Assembly: GCA_044352465.1 (NCBI GenBank)
Contig: JBILDU010000001.1
Location: 20,211-84,210, forward strand
DNA: 64,000 bases
Source of the DNA: Bdellovibrionota bacterium
Lineage (GTDB): Bacteria > Bdellovibrionota_C > UBA2361
Direction: 5' to 3'
In this document: piece by piece, positions 20,711 through 32,710 of the stretch
How positions within the stretch are numbered: position 1 is the stretch's first letter
How the letters are laid out: every line of letters begins with the position of its first letter
Program-made: the position numbers and the translations under genes
The notes under the pieces: generated by a model
The model's input: the letters and a program-made list of their open reading frames with translations, nothing else
Told to the model about the DNA's origin: nothing
The model's database searches: none

Positions 20711-21092
20711 TCTCGCTCCGACCAGCGGGGGACCGGCCCCTGCACCTAGTTTTGTGCAAAGCGTCGATAAGTCATTAATCATACAGGTAAATTTCCGGCA
20801 AAACCTGTGAATATCTTCTGGTTATCCTGACAGAGATCATAGCGGCGAGTAGGCCATTTTTAGAGGTGTGGAAACTATCCCGAACGACCAACGATTTGCT
20901 GACAAATTATCCACACCACTTGTGGTGAAACACAAAGAGGTTAGCGGTGTTTTTCACTGCTCAGACGTTGCCCTACTATTACTACTAATTTAATTCTATT
21001 TATTTGTAGATAAATTATCCGACCTTGTTAGAATCGTTAGCCCACATCGTGATGATGAGATGATGGGCGGTGCATTGGTGGTGAGGAAAACT
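20711..21092. promoter_or_regulatory. Candidate oriC: DnaA-box cluster plus AT-rich DNA unwinding element between dnaA and dnaN
   Basis: Perfect TTATCCACA at 20907-20915, and TGTGAATAT at 20806-20814 with 1 mismatch on the reverse strand. Further 2-mismatch boxes are TTATCCTGA, TGTGGAAAC, TGTGGTGAA and TTATCCGAC. An AT-rich tract lies at 20975-21015 (ctactattactactaatttaattctatttatttgtagataaatt). Confidence 0.75.
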
Positions 21093-22220
21093 ATGGACAT
21101 TACGATATCAAAAGCTGAGCTCAATCGAGCGCTGTACCTTACGCAGAGCATCGTTGAGAGAAAAACAACGATGCCGATCTTGGTGAACGTCCTCATCTCA
21201 GCGTCGGATAGAAAACTTAAAATCGCCGCAACCGATCTCGAGATTACCGCGATGGCAACAGCGGCCGCCGAGGTGCGCTCTCCGGGCAGCACCACTGTAA
21301 ATGCAAAAGTATTTGCGGATATCGTACGTGAACTTCCCGATGGTGAAGTAACCGTGAAGTTGGGTGAAGGGGAACGGGTCGAGATCACCGCTAAGAACTC
21401 AAAGCTTAAGATGATCGGTGTGACGGCTGAGGAGTATCCCAGTCTTTCCGGTCTGGCGTTTACCCCCAAAAGTAAACTCCCAGCCCCCCAATTATTGGAA
21501 ATGATTGAGAAGACCCTGTATGCCGTCTCATTTGATGAGACTCGCTACAACCTTAACGGTGTCTGCTTCGAGCTTACGGGTGGAAAGGGGAAGAAAGATC
21601 CGCAGAGTCTCCGGATGGTCGCCACCGACGGTCACCGCTTGGCGCTCGTTACCCGTCCGGTGAGTGGGATGTCGTTTACCGAAAGGGTCATTGTGCCCCG
21701 CAAAGGCCTCACAGAGGTCAAAAAGATAGTTGAGGGTGCGGGTGATAAGGATATCGGTTTTGATATCGTGGACGGCTTCCTGGTGGTCGAATCAGGCGAT
21801 GCTAAAATAGCTATGCGACTCATCGACGGAGAGTTTCCGGATTACAACCAGGTTCTACCCAAGGATAAGGGCACGGTCGCAACGCTTAACGCTGGCGAGT
21901 TCGCCCAGGCGCTTCGGCGGGTAGTCCTCATGGTGAGTGACAAGAACAAGTGCGTCAAACTTGATTTCGCTAAATCGAGCCTCCGCATTTCAAGCTCCTC
22001 CCCGGAACTTGGTGAGGCGAGCGAGGAGCTTGCGGTGAGCTACGACGGCAAGCCGTTAAGCGTTGGTTTCAATGCGAAGTACCTCCTTGATATCGCACTA
22101 TCGATACAAGAGTCCCAAAACCTCGCGATGGAGCTGCATGGTGAACTTGGACCGGGGCGTTGTTACGCCGAGGGGGATGAGGCGTACGAGGCGATCGTCA
22201 TGCCGATGCGGCTAGCCTAA
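21093..22220 (+). CDS. dnaN: DNA polymerase III beta sliding clamp
   Basis: MDITISKAELNRALYLTQSIVERKTTMPILVNVLI is typical of the DnaN N-terminus. Start at 21093 has GAGGAAAA upstream. Product ~375 aa. Confidence 0.95.
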   Translation: MDITISKAELNRALYLTQSIVERKTTMPILVNVLISASDRKLKIAATDLEITAMATAAAEVRSPGSTTVNAKVFADIVRELPDGEVTVKLGEGERVEITAKNSKLKMIGVTAEEYPSLSGLAFTPKSKLPAPQLLEMIEKTLYAVSFDETRYNLNGVCFELTGGKGKKDPQSLRMVATDGHRLALVTRPVSGMSFTERVIVPRKGLTEVKKIVEGAGDKDIGFDIVDGFLVVESGDAKIAMRLIDGEFPDYNQVLPKDKGTVATLNAGEFAQALRRVVLMVSDKNKCVKLDFAKSSLRISSSSPELGEASEELAVSYDGKPLSVGFNAKYLLDIALSIQESQNLAMELHGELGPGRCYAEGDEAYEAIVMPMRLA

Positions 22221-22264
22221 AAATGGCGCGATTCAAGTGGTAGTGAGGAGGTAGCGGAGAAGAC

Positions 22265-23365
22265 GTGTACATCGAATGGCTCAAGCTCTTTCATTTTAGA
22301 AATCTTGAGAACTCAACCCGACACTTTTCTCCGGGCCTCAACATCATCTGTGGTCAAAACGGGCAGGGAAAGACGAACCTTATCGAGGCGATAAACCTCC
22401 TTTGCACCGGCCGTTCATTTCGAACCCAAACGGTAGCGGACCTGGTGCGATGGGGCGAAACGGGCGCGTCAGCATTTGCACTTATCAAAGGTGCATTAAC
22501 CGATGAGGAGCTTGGAGTTTCGATTGAACAGGGAACTCGCAGCGCCTTTGTGAACGGCAACAAGGTGCGCTCCTTGACCGAATTTGTGGGGCGGCTTTTA
22601 TGCGTCACCTTTTCACCGATCGACCTTGCGATCGTTAAAGGCAGCCCTCAGGTGCGGCGTAAATTCCTCGATCGCCACATCGTTGATTTCGAGCCTGCTC
22701 TTATGGGGGCGATCCTTGATTATCATCGCGCCCTTAAAAGTAAGGCGGCCTTACTCAAGGGTGGGGACGCCGACACATCGGCGCTTGAGCCGTGGAATCA
22801 GCTCATGGCGACCGCCGCAGCTTCGATACTCCGATCCCGCCGAGCGTTACTCCGGGGGCTGGAGGAAGCCGCAAATGAGTATTACCGCACGCTAGCTCAC
22901 CACGATGGTCAGGTGAGCTTAAAACTTGAGAGCGATATCGAGGGCGAATCTCCATCGGCTGAGGATATTTTTACCCAACTGATGGACGTTCAGGGGCGTG
23001 AGCGCCGCTACAAGTCACCGGTCCGTGGCCCCCACCGGGATGACGTGCTTATCTCCCTTGATGGGCACGACGCTCGGGCATTCGCCTCACAGGGACAGGC
23101 TCGCAGCATCGTTCTGGCTTTAAAACTTGGCGTGATTGCGCTCTTGGAGTCACATCGAAAAGAGGCGCCGATAGTGCTTCTTGATGATGTCGATTCCGAA
23201 CTCGATCAATCGCGGTGCGACGCGTTGTTTGAACTTATCTATCACACGAAACGACAGGTCTTTGTGACCGGGACAGATCGTGACCGCGCGGCGCGGCGTC
23301 GTCCCGGGGAATGCTCCGAGTGGGAGATTCGGGGTGGGGGTATCAACGTCGCTAGCGATCCCTAA
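22265..23365 (+). CDS. recF: DNA replication and repair protein RecF
   Basis: LKLFHFRNLE...NIICGQNGQGKTNLIEAI (Walker A) and C-terminal signature and Walker B motifs. GTG start. Confidence 0.95.
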   Translation: MYIEWLKLFHFRNLENSTRHFSPGLNIICGQNGQGKTNLIEAINLLCTGRSFRTQTVADLVRWGETGASAFALIKGALTDEELGVSIEQGTRSAFVNGNKVRSLTEFVGRLLCVTFSPIDLAIVKGSPQVRRKFLDRHIVDFEPALMGAILDYHRALKSKAALLKGGDADTSALEPWNQLMATAAASILRSRRALLRGLEEAANEYYRTLAHHDGQVSLKLESDIEGESPSAEDIFTQLMDVQGRERRYKSPVRGPHRDDVLISLDGHDARAFASQGQARSIVLALKLGVIALLESHRKEAPIVLLDDVDSELDQSRCDALFELIYHTKRQVFVTGTDRDRAARRRPGECSEWEIRGGGINVASDP

Positions 23366-23566
23366 AAGCCGATTTTAAACGTTTTTAGACCACCGAAACG
23401 CTTTTTCACCGGGCGATCCGATTAAACATAATTAAACACTCGAATTTGTTCATTAAAATAACACGAAAACACGCATTTCGTAGCTTTACCTAAATAAGCT
23501 AACAGTCCTATACTACAAGGAATTCATATTTTTTCAGGGGCCACTAAGGTGGCTAGTTAAAAATAG

Positions 23567-26143
<2,577 letters not shown>

Positions 26144-26663
26144 TTTTTCGAAGTGATTCTTGCAGACGTTTTCCCCTGTACCGGGGCAACTTTTTGCAGG
26201 GGGCAGAGCGAGGAGCGATCCATCCTCCCACTCTAAATAAATACCTCCATCTGCATCGAGTAGCCCCGGTGCAGAGAACAGGTGCAGAGAACAACGCGAA
26301 TTCTTTGGCACGAGAGTGTGCTGCGATTAACGTTGCGTCTGTCGGATTCTCCACTTGCACATATTTCTTGAATAAGTCCGGAAAAACCGCGCGAGCCTCG
26401 TTTGTCAGGTGCAACAAACCAGAAGCAGGGAAGGGGTTTGGCCCCTCCGCTAAAAGATACAGCGTCGCGCGCTCTGGGGCTCCGCGTATCGATACCCACC
26501 GACGAGCTTTCCGGCAATCCCCGATGGGGGCAACCACCAAGGTTACCGGTTCCCGATAGCGAGCCGCGTTCGCCGATCCGCTACCGATACTGCCTCACAA
26601 ATAGGTGTATCAGTATGTTACGGGGCTTGTCCCTCACGGTAAAATTGTGAGGCGGCATCTAAT

Positions 26664-29591
26664 TTGCTCCCCTCTAGAATCTTAATAGCGATGGAGCGAC
26701 GAACTCGTACGATTGTTACCGCCTTCAGCGCCCTTTTGCTCGGGGTTATGCCGCTCTGTGCGGTGAGGGGCGAAACGACAGTGACCGTAGAAAGAAGCCG
26801 CTTCGCCGATACTACCTTCTACGAATCCGGGGCACCCGCGACAACTTTGGACGGGAGCCTCGAGAACCTAGCTTTTGCGATGGGTCGGGAACATTTCCGA
26901 CTCGATCCGCTCACCATTCTCCTTGGCTCACTCATCACGACTCAGCACAATTCGGCGCTCAATCGGCAGGCCATCGACGCGTTCTTAAATACGAGCGATC
27001 CGAAGTACTACAACGGCGTGGCCGGATTCAAACTCCCCGTCCACCGAGTAGACGCCGATGGCACGATCGAAGCACCTCTCGATGGCCCGACAACCCTCGA
27101 AGGAATCTCGAACATGCTGCGCTGGTTCGGTGTGGACGCTTGGGCGCAGGATAATCTGAATACGCTCGCCCCCCAAAACAAACGGATCATCACCCGGTGG
27201 ATCGAGGGGGCGCAAGCAGCAGCCCGAGAACTCGAGGAGGATTTTTACAGCCGCAATCCGAGTCTCCGTAGCACCAACATCGTCAAATACTTTTGCAACC
27301 TCCAACTCCACGATGTGCTGCGGGGCTATGCTTGGATTAGCCAGAGCTACGATTTCGGCGGAATTACCGGGATGCTCAAGAGCATCCCGACATGGCTTCG
27401 ATCGGAAAATCTCGGGGCTCCGCTCTCCGTGGGGATGAAGACGGGCGACGCACTCGGGGTGCCCCCTGAGTTTCCTACTTTCACTCAACCGGAGCACCTC
27501 GCGCAGGGTGCATCAAACGGCGCCGCTTTTACGTTTATGCCGACCGATCGTCCCGGTGCTCGGGAGTGCGTCGTGGCCGGCGAGCCGCACCAACCCTCGA
27601 CGTGGGGCACACCCGGTGGCCCCCTCACCCAGGTGAAGGTCTTTCGCGCCTACGCCAGACGGAGCAAGGATCAGCTTATCCCCTTCGTCGTCGCGGCATA
27701 CCCAACCCTCGCCGGTTTCATCGGGTTACAATTTACTCCGCACAGCGCCACGAGCGGCACCGCAGATCCGATCGGTGGGGGGATCTTATTTTTTGCGGAG
27801 ACGAATGGCGCGGATTATTTTTACGATGGGGCATGGCGGCCGCTGAGGCGATCGCCCCTAACGCTTACCCGAAACGGCGCTCCGGTGACCATAGACCGCT
27901 TTGAGGTGCCCGGATTCGGCAAAGTCTTCGCTCTCGTGCAGGAGCCGAGTACGGGTAGGACTTACGTCCTTTCCTGGCGTCAGAAATCCCCATCAAATTT
28001 CCTCAACGGCTTTTGGTCGCGGCTTCGCGCCGGGCTTGCAAATGATGGCGCAGCCTTTATAGCAGCGGTCGAAGACGGGCTACCCTTTTACGGAGAAGCG
28101 GGTTGCGCTCCGCGTCGTCCGAGCGATACCGTCGCGGCTCCGCGGACCGCGTACTACGCCATGAACCAGGGCAAAATCGACCGCATCAACGAACCGAACA
28201 CCATCAACCCGCTCACGGTAAACGCCGTCCAGCCGGGCGCAGCCAAAGTAGGACTCGATCCATCCACGGTCTGTAGTGGACAGCTGTGGACAAGCTCCGA
28301 TAACGGAAACTTTAAGTCGGGTTGCCCGGGACGACCAGAGCGCCCCTACTATCAAGATCCTGGCCTGCAGACCGACCGGCAGTTCGCCGTGCGGCGTTTT
28401 GTTACCGAGCACCTTCAATCGCCGATCTCCCGAGCTGAGGTGTTTCGCTTCGCCACGAGCACCGATTCTGTTGGGCTCGCCCGCTTTATCGATGTGCTCG
28501 TCGCCGCGGTCGATGGGTATGCGGAGAGTCGCCTTACGCCGGATCAATTCGCCTTCGTCTCGGCGGTGGCCAACGTTCTTCGGCTTAACACCACCGGTGC
28601 TATCTTTGATACCCCCGAGCAGCTCCTGGTGATGTACCTCGCTGATGAGCTATTCAATCCGATCGTCGCTGGTGCTATCGCCATGCCCGCTCCGATTCGA
28701 GAGTATCTCTTCAAACCGGAGACGACGCGTGCGGAGATGATCGCCGGGTTCGATGACACAGCCGCCACGTTCCTTATCGATGCGATCATCGCCGGGACAA
28801 ACTTTGTCGCGGAGCGGTGTTTAGGCGAAGGAAATATGTCGTACCATCCAGCGATGTCGCTGACGATCTCCGGCACGCAGGTCGCAGCTCAGTTTGGCGG
28901 ACCGGGATTTGGGGGAAGAAGCTCCGGCATTGTGCGTTTTGGGCGCGATCTCGGAGGGAACAAAACGTGCAAGATCGAGCTTGTGGCATCCTCACCGTTT
29001 AAGTTCGTTGCGACCGAGGAGTCGTTGCGTTACCTCACGTTCGGACCACCGGTAAGCCCTTTGACGTTCGAGGATGGACTTTATCAGACAGCGAACGCTG
29101 CGTGGGGCGGTCTGTGGGCACATCACAACAGCCGTGGGGATGGTTCGGGGGGCATCGAATCGTATCGGGAGTTCCGCCTCGCTCCGGTAAGCCGGCCGCC
29201 GAGCGACCCCGATACGCTGCGAACGTGGAAGATCTCTGTGCCCTCGCAGAGGGCGCTCGTTCTCACTGGGAGGAGCATACGCTCAACGGTCTACTCAATT
29301 CGCTCGGCCGTTCGCCGGCTCAGGGCACCTCATGCGGTAAATAACGAGCGGGAGCGGCGCGCTCAGGCCAAAGCGCGTAAGACGATCACGACCAAACGAT
29401 TCGTCCTCGTCAAGCTCGGAGCGAACTACTCCAAAATCGCTACTCCGACCACCGCATCTGCGGCGCTACGCTCCCAGCTACAATCGTTAAACCGCCTCTT
29501 GCGAGGCCTCGGCGACGAGCCGAACGCCGCGACGGTGAAACGCCGCAAAGGGGCGTTGAAGCTCTGCGACGCTCTCCTAAAGAGATTGTAG
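26664..29591 (+). CDS. Large secreted hypothetical protein (975 aa), basic C-terminal tail
   Basis: The N-terminus has a signal-like hydrophobic segment (TIVTAFSALLLGVMPLCAVRG). I recognise no catalytic motifs. The C-terminus is KR-rich. Confidence 0.6.
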   Translation: MLPSRILIAMERRTRTIVTAFSALLLGVMPLCAVRGETTVTVERSRFADTTFYESGAPATTLDGSLENLAFAMGREHFRLDPLTILLGSLITTQHNSALNRQAIDAFLNTSDPKYYNGVAGFKLPVHRVDADGTIEAPLDGPTTLEGISNMLRWFGVDAWAQDNLNTLAPQNKRIITRWIEGAQAAARELEEDFYSRNPSLRSTNIVKYFCNLQLHDVLRGYAWISQSYDFGGITGMLKSIPTWLRSENLGAPLSVGMKTGDALGVPPEFPTFTQPEHLAQGASNGAAFTFMPTDRPGARECVVAGEPHQPSTWGTPGGPLTQVKVFRAYARRSKDQLIPFVVAAYPTLAGFIGLQFTPHSATSGTADPIGGGILFFAETNGADYFYDGAWRPLRRSPLTLTRNGAPVTIDRFEVPGFGKVFALVQEPSTGRTYVLSWRQKSPSNFLNGFWSRLRAGLANDGAAFIAAVEDGLPFYGEAGCAPRRPSDTVAAPRTAYYAMNQGKIDRINEPNTINPLTVNAVQPGAAKVGLDPSTVCSGQLWTSSDNGNFKSGCPGRPERPYYQDPGLQTDRQFAVRRFVTEHLQSPISRAEVFRFATSTDSVGLARFIDVLVAAVDGYAESRLTPDQFAFVSAVANVLRLNTTGAIFDTPEQLLVMYLADELFNPIVAGAIAMPAPIREYLFKPETTRAEMIAGFDDTAATFLIDAIIAGTNFVAERCLGEGNMSYHPAMSLTISGTQVAAQFGGPGFGGRSSGIVRFGRDLGGNKTCKIELVASSPFKFVATEESLRYLTFGPPVSPLTFEDGLYQTANAAWGGLWAHHNSRGDGSGGIESYREFRLAPVSRPPSDPDTLRTWKISVPSQRALVLTGRSIRSTVYSIRSAVRRLRAPHAVNNERERRAQAKARKTITTKRFVLVKLGANYSKIATPTTASAALRSQLQSLNRLLRGLGDEPNAATVKRRKGALKLCDALLKRL

Positions 29592-29600
29592 GTTTTGTGT

Positions 29601-30007
29601 CGAATCACCCCCAGCGACCTATGGAGGGCTCGACTCTGTCGAGCCGTGTTTGAATCACCGGTGGTACTACAGCCGGACAGAGTCCGGCCCTCCAGTCCTT
29701 GCTCGAATCACCTGTGGTACCCTGGCCGGATGGAATCCGACCCTCCAGAATCGAATCACTCGCAGAGACCTGTGGAGGGCTCGACTCTGTCGAGCCGCGC
29801 TTGAATCACCGGTGGTACTACAGCCGGACAGAGTTCGGCCCTCCAGTCCTTGCTCGAATCACCTGTGGTGCCCTGGCCGGATGGAATCCGACCCTCCAGA
29901 ATCGAATCACTCGCAGAGACCTGTGGAGGGCTCGACTCTGTCGAGCCTTGGTCGTGTCACCTCAGGCGCTTCGGCCGGATAGAATCCAGCCCTCCAGACA
30001 AGAATCG
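29601..30007. repeat. Higher-order tandem repeat: 151-bp unit (x2.7) made of three ~50-bp palindrome-containing modules
   Basis: Module starts (C/T)GAATCAC fall at 29601, 29651, 29704, 29752, 29802, 29855 and 29903, giving a 151-bp period. Each module carries a 7-8 bp-arm, 3-nt-loop palindrome: GGCTCGACtctGTCGAGCC, GCCGGACagaGTCCGGC, CCGGATggaATCCGA. Most also carry CCCTCCAG. A degenerate final module spans 29951-30007. Confidence 0.85.
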
Positions 30008-30634
30008 CTAGTTTTCGATCCTGACCGGCTGAGTACCGGAGCAGTTGATCGGCTCGATGAGTGTGTAGGTCGTTTCGCAGCTGCAGCCCGGAATACTTGC
30101 GCTACCGCTCAGCGCTCCCGGCTCATCGCAACTTGCGTTAGGTGGAAAAACCGTCACAGAGGCTGCGGTCTGCATGCAGAGCTCCTTTATTCCTTCGCAC
30201 GAAGGTTCAACAGCAGGCTCGTTGAACGTGCAGATCTTGACTGCGAGAGCGCGCCAGTCACACCCATACGCACTTGCGGTGATCGTTCGAAGCCCAGCCT
30301 GCTTGAGCCATAACTTTTTCGACTCTCGATAAAATGCGTTAAGCTCCCCTTGAATGATGTCCGCGGAGCTCTCACACAGCCCGAAGAAACTCCCGATATC
30401 CGCCACTGGAAGTAGATGGGTGGGTAGTTGAGCCATAAGTGCGGCGCAGATCTGCTCGGTAGAGGCGGTCCCGCCCGCAGGTGGTAGGCCGATTACGTCG
30501 TCGGTTCGAAAGCTATCGAAGCAGGTTGTCGGTTGATTGAGCCGCAGGTGTTTGTGGTGAGTACGGGGGCATTCGCGGTTTTCGGAAACTCGGTTGAGGA
30601 TGCGATAGTGGTCGGGCGCCACGAGGGAATTCAT
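30008..30634 (-). CDS. Cys-rich hypothetical protein (12 Cys, no signal peptide)
   Basis: 208-aa ORF; the minus-strand reading frame has GC-rich third positions. Its C-terminus abuts the repeat array. No family recognised. Confidence 0.4.
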   Translation of the reverse strand: MNSLVAPDHYRILNRVSENRECPRTHHKHLRLNQPTTCFDSFRTDDVIGLPPAGGTASTEQICAALMAQLPTHLLPVADIGSFFGLCESSADIIQGELNAFYRESKKLWLKQAGLRTITASAYGCDWRALAVKICTFNEPAVEPSCEGIKELCMQTAASVTVFPPNASCDEPGALSGSASIPGCSCETTYTLIEPINCSGTQPVRIEN

Positions 30635-31057
30635 CTGGCTGACGTAGCGCTTAACTTTCCCTCAAGAGCGCCAGAGGTGATCGAGCTCATGAAAGATATT
30701 CAACGCGCCTCTCCTCAATTTTTCGAGGTCGTAAATGAGAGTTCGTGGACGTCGGCGAAATCTGGAGGCCAGTCGCGCGATAGTAGCGCCGAGTTCTTTG
30801 CCTCGACCCTCCATGCGCTTCTCGATGATAGGGGTATCGCGGAGTTGAGGAGTTACAACGCTGAGCTTCTTCGGCGGTGCGCGGAAACGTTTTTAGGGGT
30901 GTTAGCGAGCCCACCCCACGCCCTGCCGCCAACGGCACCGGTCATCGCGGCGCTCAGGGGCTTGGCAGAGGGGGAAGGGCGGTAAGGGCGTATATTTGAC
31001 CGAGTGGTGAAGTTCAGGTACGTTACGGGGCTCTACGGCTTAGATTAAAGGTGTTTT

Positions 31058-31177
31058 ATGGCTTCTCCAACCAAAGTGACCGAGACCCGTCGCGCTCATA
31101 AGCGCTCGAAATTGCTTAAGAAGCGCAACAAAGAAGCGCGCCTTCGTTTAGCCAAAGAAGGCAAGGCGAAGAAGTAG
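31058..31177 (+). CDS. Small basic protein (39 aa), ribosomal-protein-like composition
   Basis: ATG at 31058 with AGGTG 7 bp upstream; product MASPTKVTETRRAHKRSKLLKKRNKEARLRLAKEGKAKK. A strong terminator lies 69 bp downstream. Below the ORF-track cutoff. Confidence 0.45.
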   Translation: MASPTKVTETRRAHKRSKLLKKRNKEARLRLAKEGKAKK

Positions 31178-31245
31178 TCTTGCACCCTACAGGCGAACCG
31201 CAGAGCTGCCTTGAGTTGCTCTTCGGTCCGGCTGGGTGGCAGATA

Positions 31246-31275
31246 ATGGCTCCCTTAGCGGAGCCATTTTTTTTG
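31246..31275 (+). terminator. Rho-independent terminator
   Basis: ATGGCTCC(31246-53), loop cttagc, GGAGCCAT(31260-67), then T8 (31268-75). Confidence 0.65.
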
Positions 31276-31315
31276 CCCCCGCGGGCGCTGAGAGAGCCCT
31301 AGCAAGGAGTAGAGA

Positions 31316-32695
31316 ATGGCGGGCGGCCCATCGACTGACCAAAAAGTGGTTGGAGCCCAGGAAGGGCTCGTCGAGTCGGCCAGCCATGAGCGAGCCCCGA
31401 ATGGGCGAGTAGAAGTGGTAACCCAGCGCGAGCTGTTTTGGGCGTGGCTTCCGCTCTGGGTAAGCTGGTTCGCGATGGCGCTTGAGGTGCCGGTCATTAC
31501 GAGCGCCATTTCGCGCTTACCCGATCCCGCGGTGAACCTCGCCGCTTTGGGGGGAATTCTCATCCCGGTAAGCTTCATCATCGAGGCGCCGATCTTGATG
31601 CTTCTCTCCGCCGCCACCGCGCTCTGTAGAGACAGGTTGGCGTATCGGTTTCTCTTCCGCGTGATGATGGTGCTGGGGAGCGTGCTTTCCGTTGTGCATC
31701 TTCTTATCGCGCTGACCCCGCTCTATGACACGATAACTCGGGATATCCTTGGGTGTCCCGAGGAGGTACGCGAGGCGGCTCGAGTAGGATTTCTCGTCAT
31801 GACACCGTGGACGTGGTCGATCGCCTACCGACGATTTCTCCAAGGCGTCGTTATTCGACTCGGACGATCGCGAGTTGTCGGGTTCGGCACCGTCGTTCGA
31901 CTGGCTACCAATATCGTGACAGTACTGGTGTGTTTCTACGGGATTGAGGCGGGTGGGGCCCTGACCGGAGCAGCTGCGCTCACCGCGGGGGTAATGGCCG
32001 AAGCGTTATTTATCGGGGTTGCGGCGCGAGTGGTCGTTCGTGAGCGGTTACGCGAAGCCGACCCCGTGGTAGAGCCATTAACGCTTCCCCGGTTCTTCTA
32101 TTTCTATGCGCCGCTTGCGCTAACGGCGCTACTTGATTTCTTGATCCAACCTCTCTCCAGTGGTGCGCTGAGCCGTATGCCTGAGCCGGTAACTGGCCTC
32201 GCGTTGTTACCAGTTGTGGGTGGCTTGATGTTCTTGCTGCGCGGTCCAGGGTTTGCGTTCAACGAGGTCGTCATATCGAAGCATGGCCGAGAGGGCGCGG
32301 CTCTGGAGCTTGCGCGATTTGCGAGACGTCTCACTCTGCTGAGTGGGGCGGTCGGACTTTTATTTATGGCAACCCCTCTTGGCGCCGTTTGGTTTAGCGG
32401 GATCGTGAAGCTGCCACCGGAGATGGTGGTGCTTGCTCGGCAAGCTCTTTGGCTTGCACTCCCCACACTCCTTGCCGCCACGGTAAAGAGTCTCTATGGG
32501 GGCACCCTCGTCTCTCTGCACCGCACTCGCGCGATATCAGAGGGGACGATTTTGTATGTTCTGACGTTCGGTTTCGTTGTGAGTGTCGGGATAGTGGGAC
32601 AGTCTTCCGCAGGGATCTTCGTCGTGATCGGAGCGATGTCGACTGCGGCGGTCGTTCAGGTGCTGTGGCTTCGGAAGCGGTCGCTCGAGAGGTAA
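31316..32695 (+). CDS. Polytopic inner-membrane protein (12+ TM), possible MOP/flippase-like transporter
   Basis: 459 aa with many hydrophobic helices throughout. No diagnostic motif, so the family is unassigned. Confidence 0.6.
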   Translation: MAGGPSTDQKVVGAQEGLVESASHERAPNGRVEVVTQRELFWAWLPLWVSWFAMALEVPVITSAISRLPDPAVNLAALGGILIPVSFIIEAPILMLLSAATALCRDRLAYRFLFRVMMVLGSVLSVVHLLIALTPLYDTITRDILGCPEEVREAARVGFLVMTPWTWSIAYRRFLQGVVIRLGRSRVVGFGTVVRLATNIVTVLVCFYGIEAGGALTGAAALTAGVMAEALFIGVAARVVVRERLREADPVVEPLTLPRFFYFYAPLALTALLDFLIQPLSSGALSRMPEPVTGLALLPVVGGLMFLLRGPGFAFNEVVISKHGREGAALELARFARRLTLLSGAVGLLFMATPLGAVWFSGIVKLPPEMVVLARQALWLALPTLLAATVKSLYGGTLVSLHRTRAISEGTILYVLTFGFVVSVGIVGQSSAGIFVVIGAMSTAAVVQVLWLRKRSLER

Positions 32696-32710
32696 GGGGA
32701 GGGGCTCCTT

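Noticed and set aside
18731-21092. Search for parS (TGTTTCACGTGAAACA) and for rpmH/rnpA near dnaA
   Set aside because: There is no parS-like palindrome and no bL34-like small ORF (MKRTFQPS...) on either strand. The closest 'atgaaacg' occurrence translates to MKRSR* only.
29601-30007. CRISPR array interpretation of the tandem repeats
   Set aside because: The 'spacers' are not unique; the whole 151-bp unit repeats. Modules are ~50 bp with internal palindromes rather than 28-37-bp repeats alternating with unique spacers. There is no AT-rich leader and no cas genes nearby.
29650-30313. ORFs 29650-29982(+) and 29699-30313(+) from the six-frame track
   Set aside because: They read through the tandem repeats, so the peptide repeats (ESPVVLQPDRVRPSSPCSNHLW twice) are an artefact of DNA repetition. 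There is no RBS, and they overlap the better-supported minus-strand ORF.
30533-30985. 150-aa plus-strand ORF overlapping the 5' end of the Cys-rich gene
   Set aside because: Over the overlap the minus-strand frame has the more gene-like GC-rich third positions, and there is no RBS at 30533. A shorter downstream start (about 30692) cannot be excluded, but there is no supporting motif.
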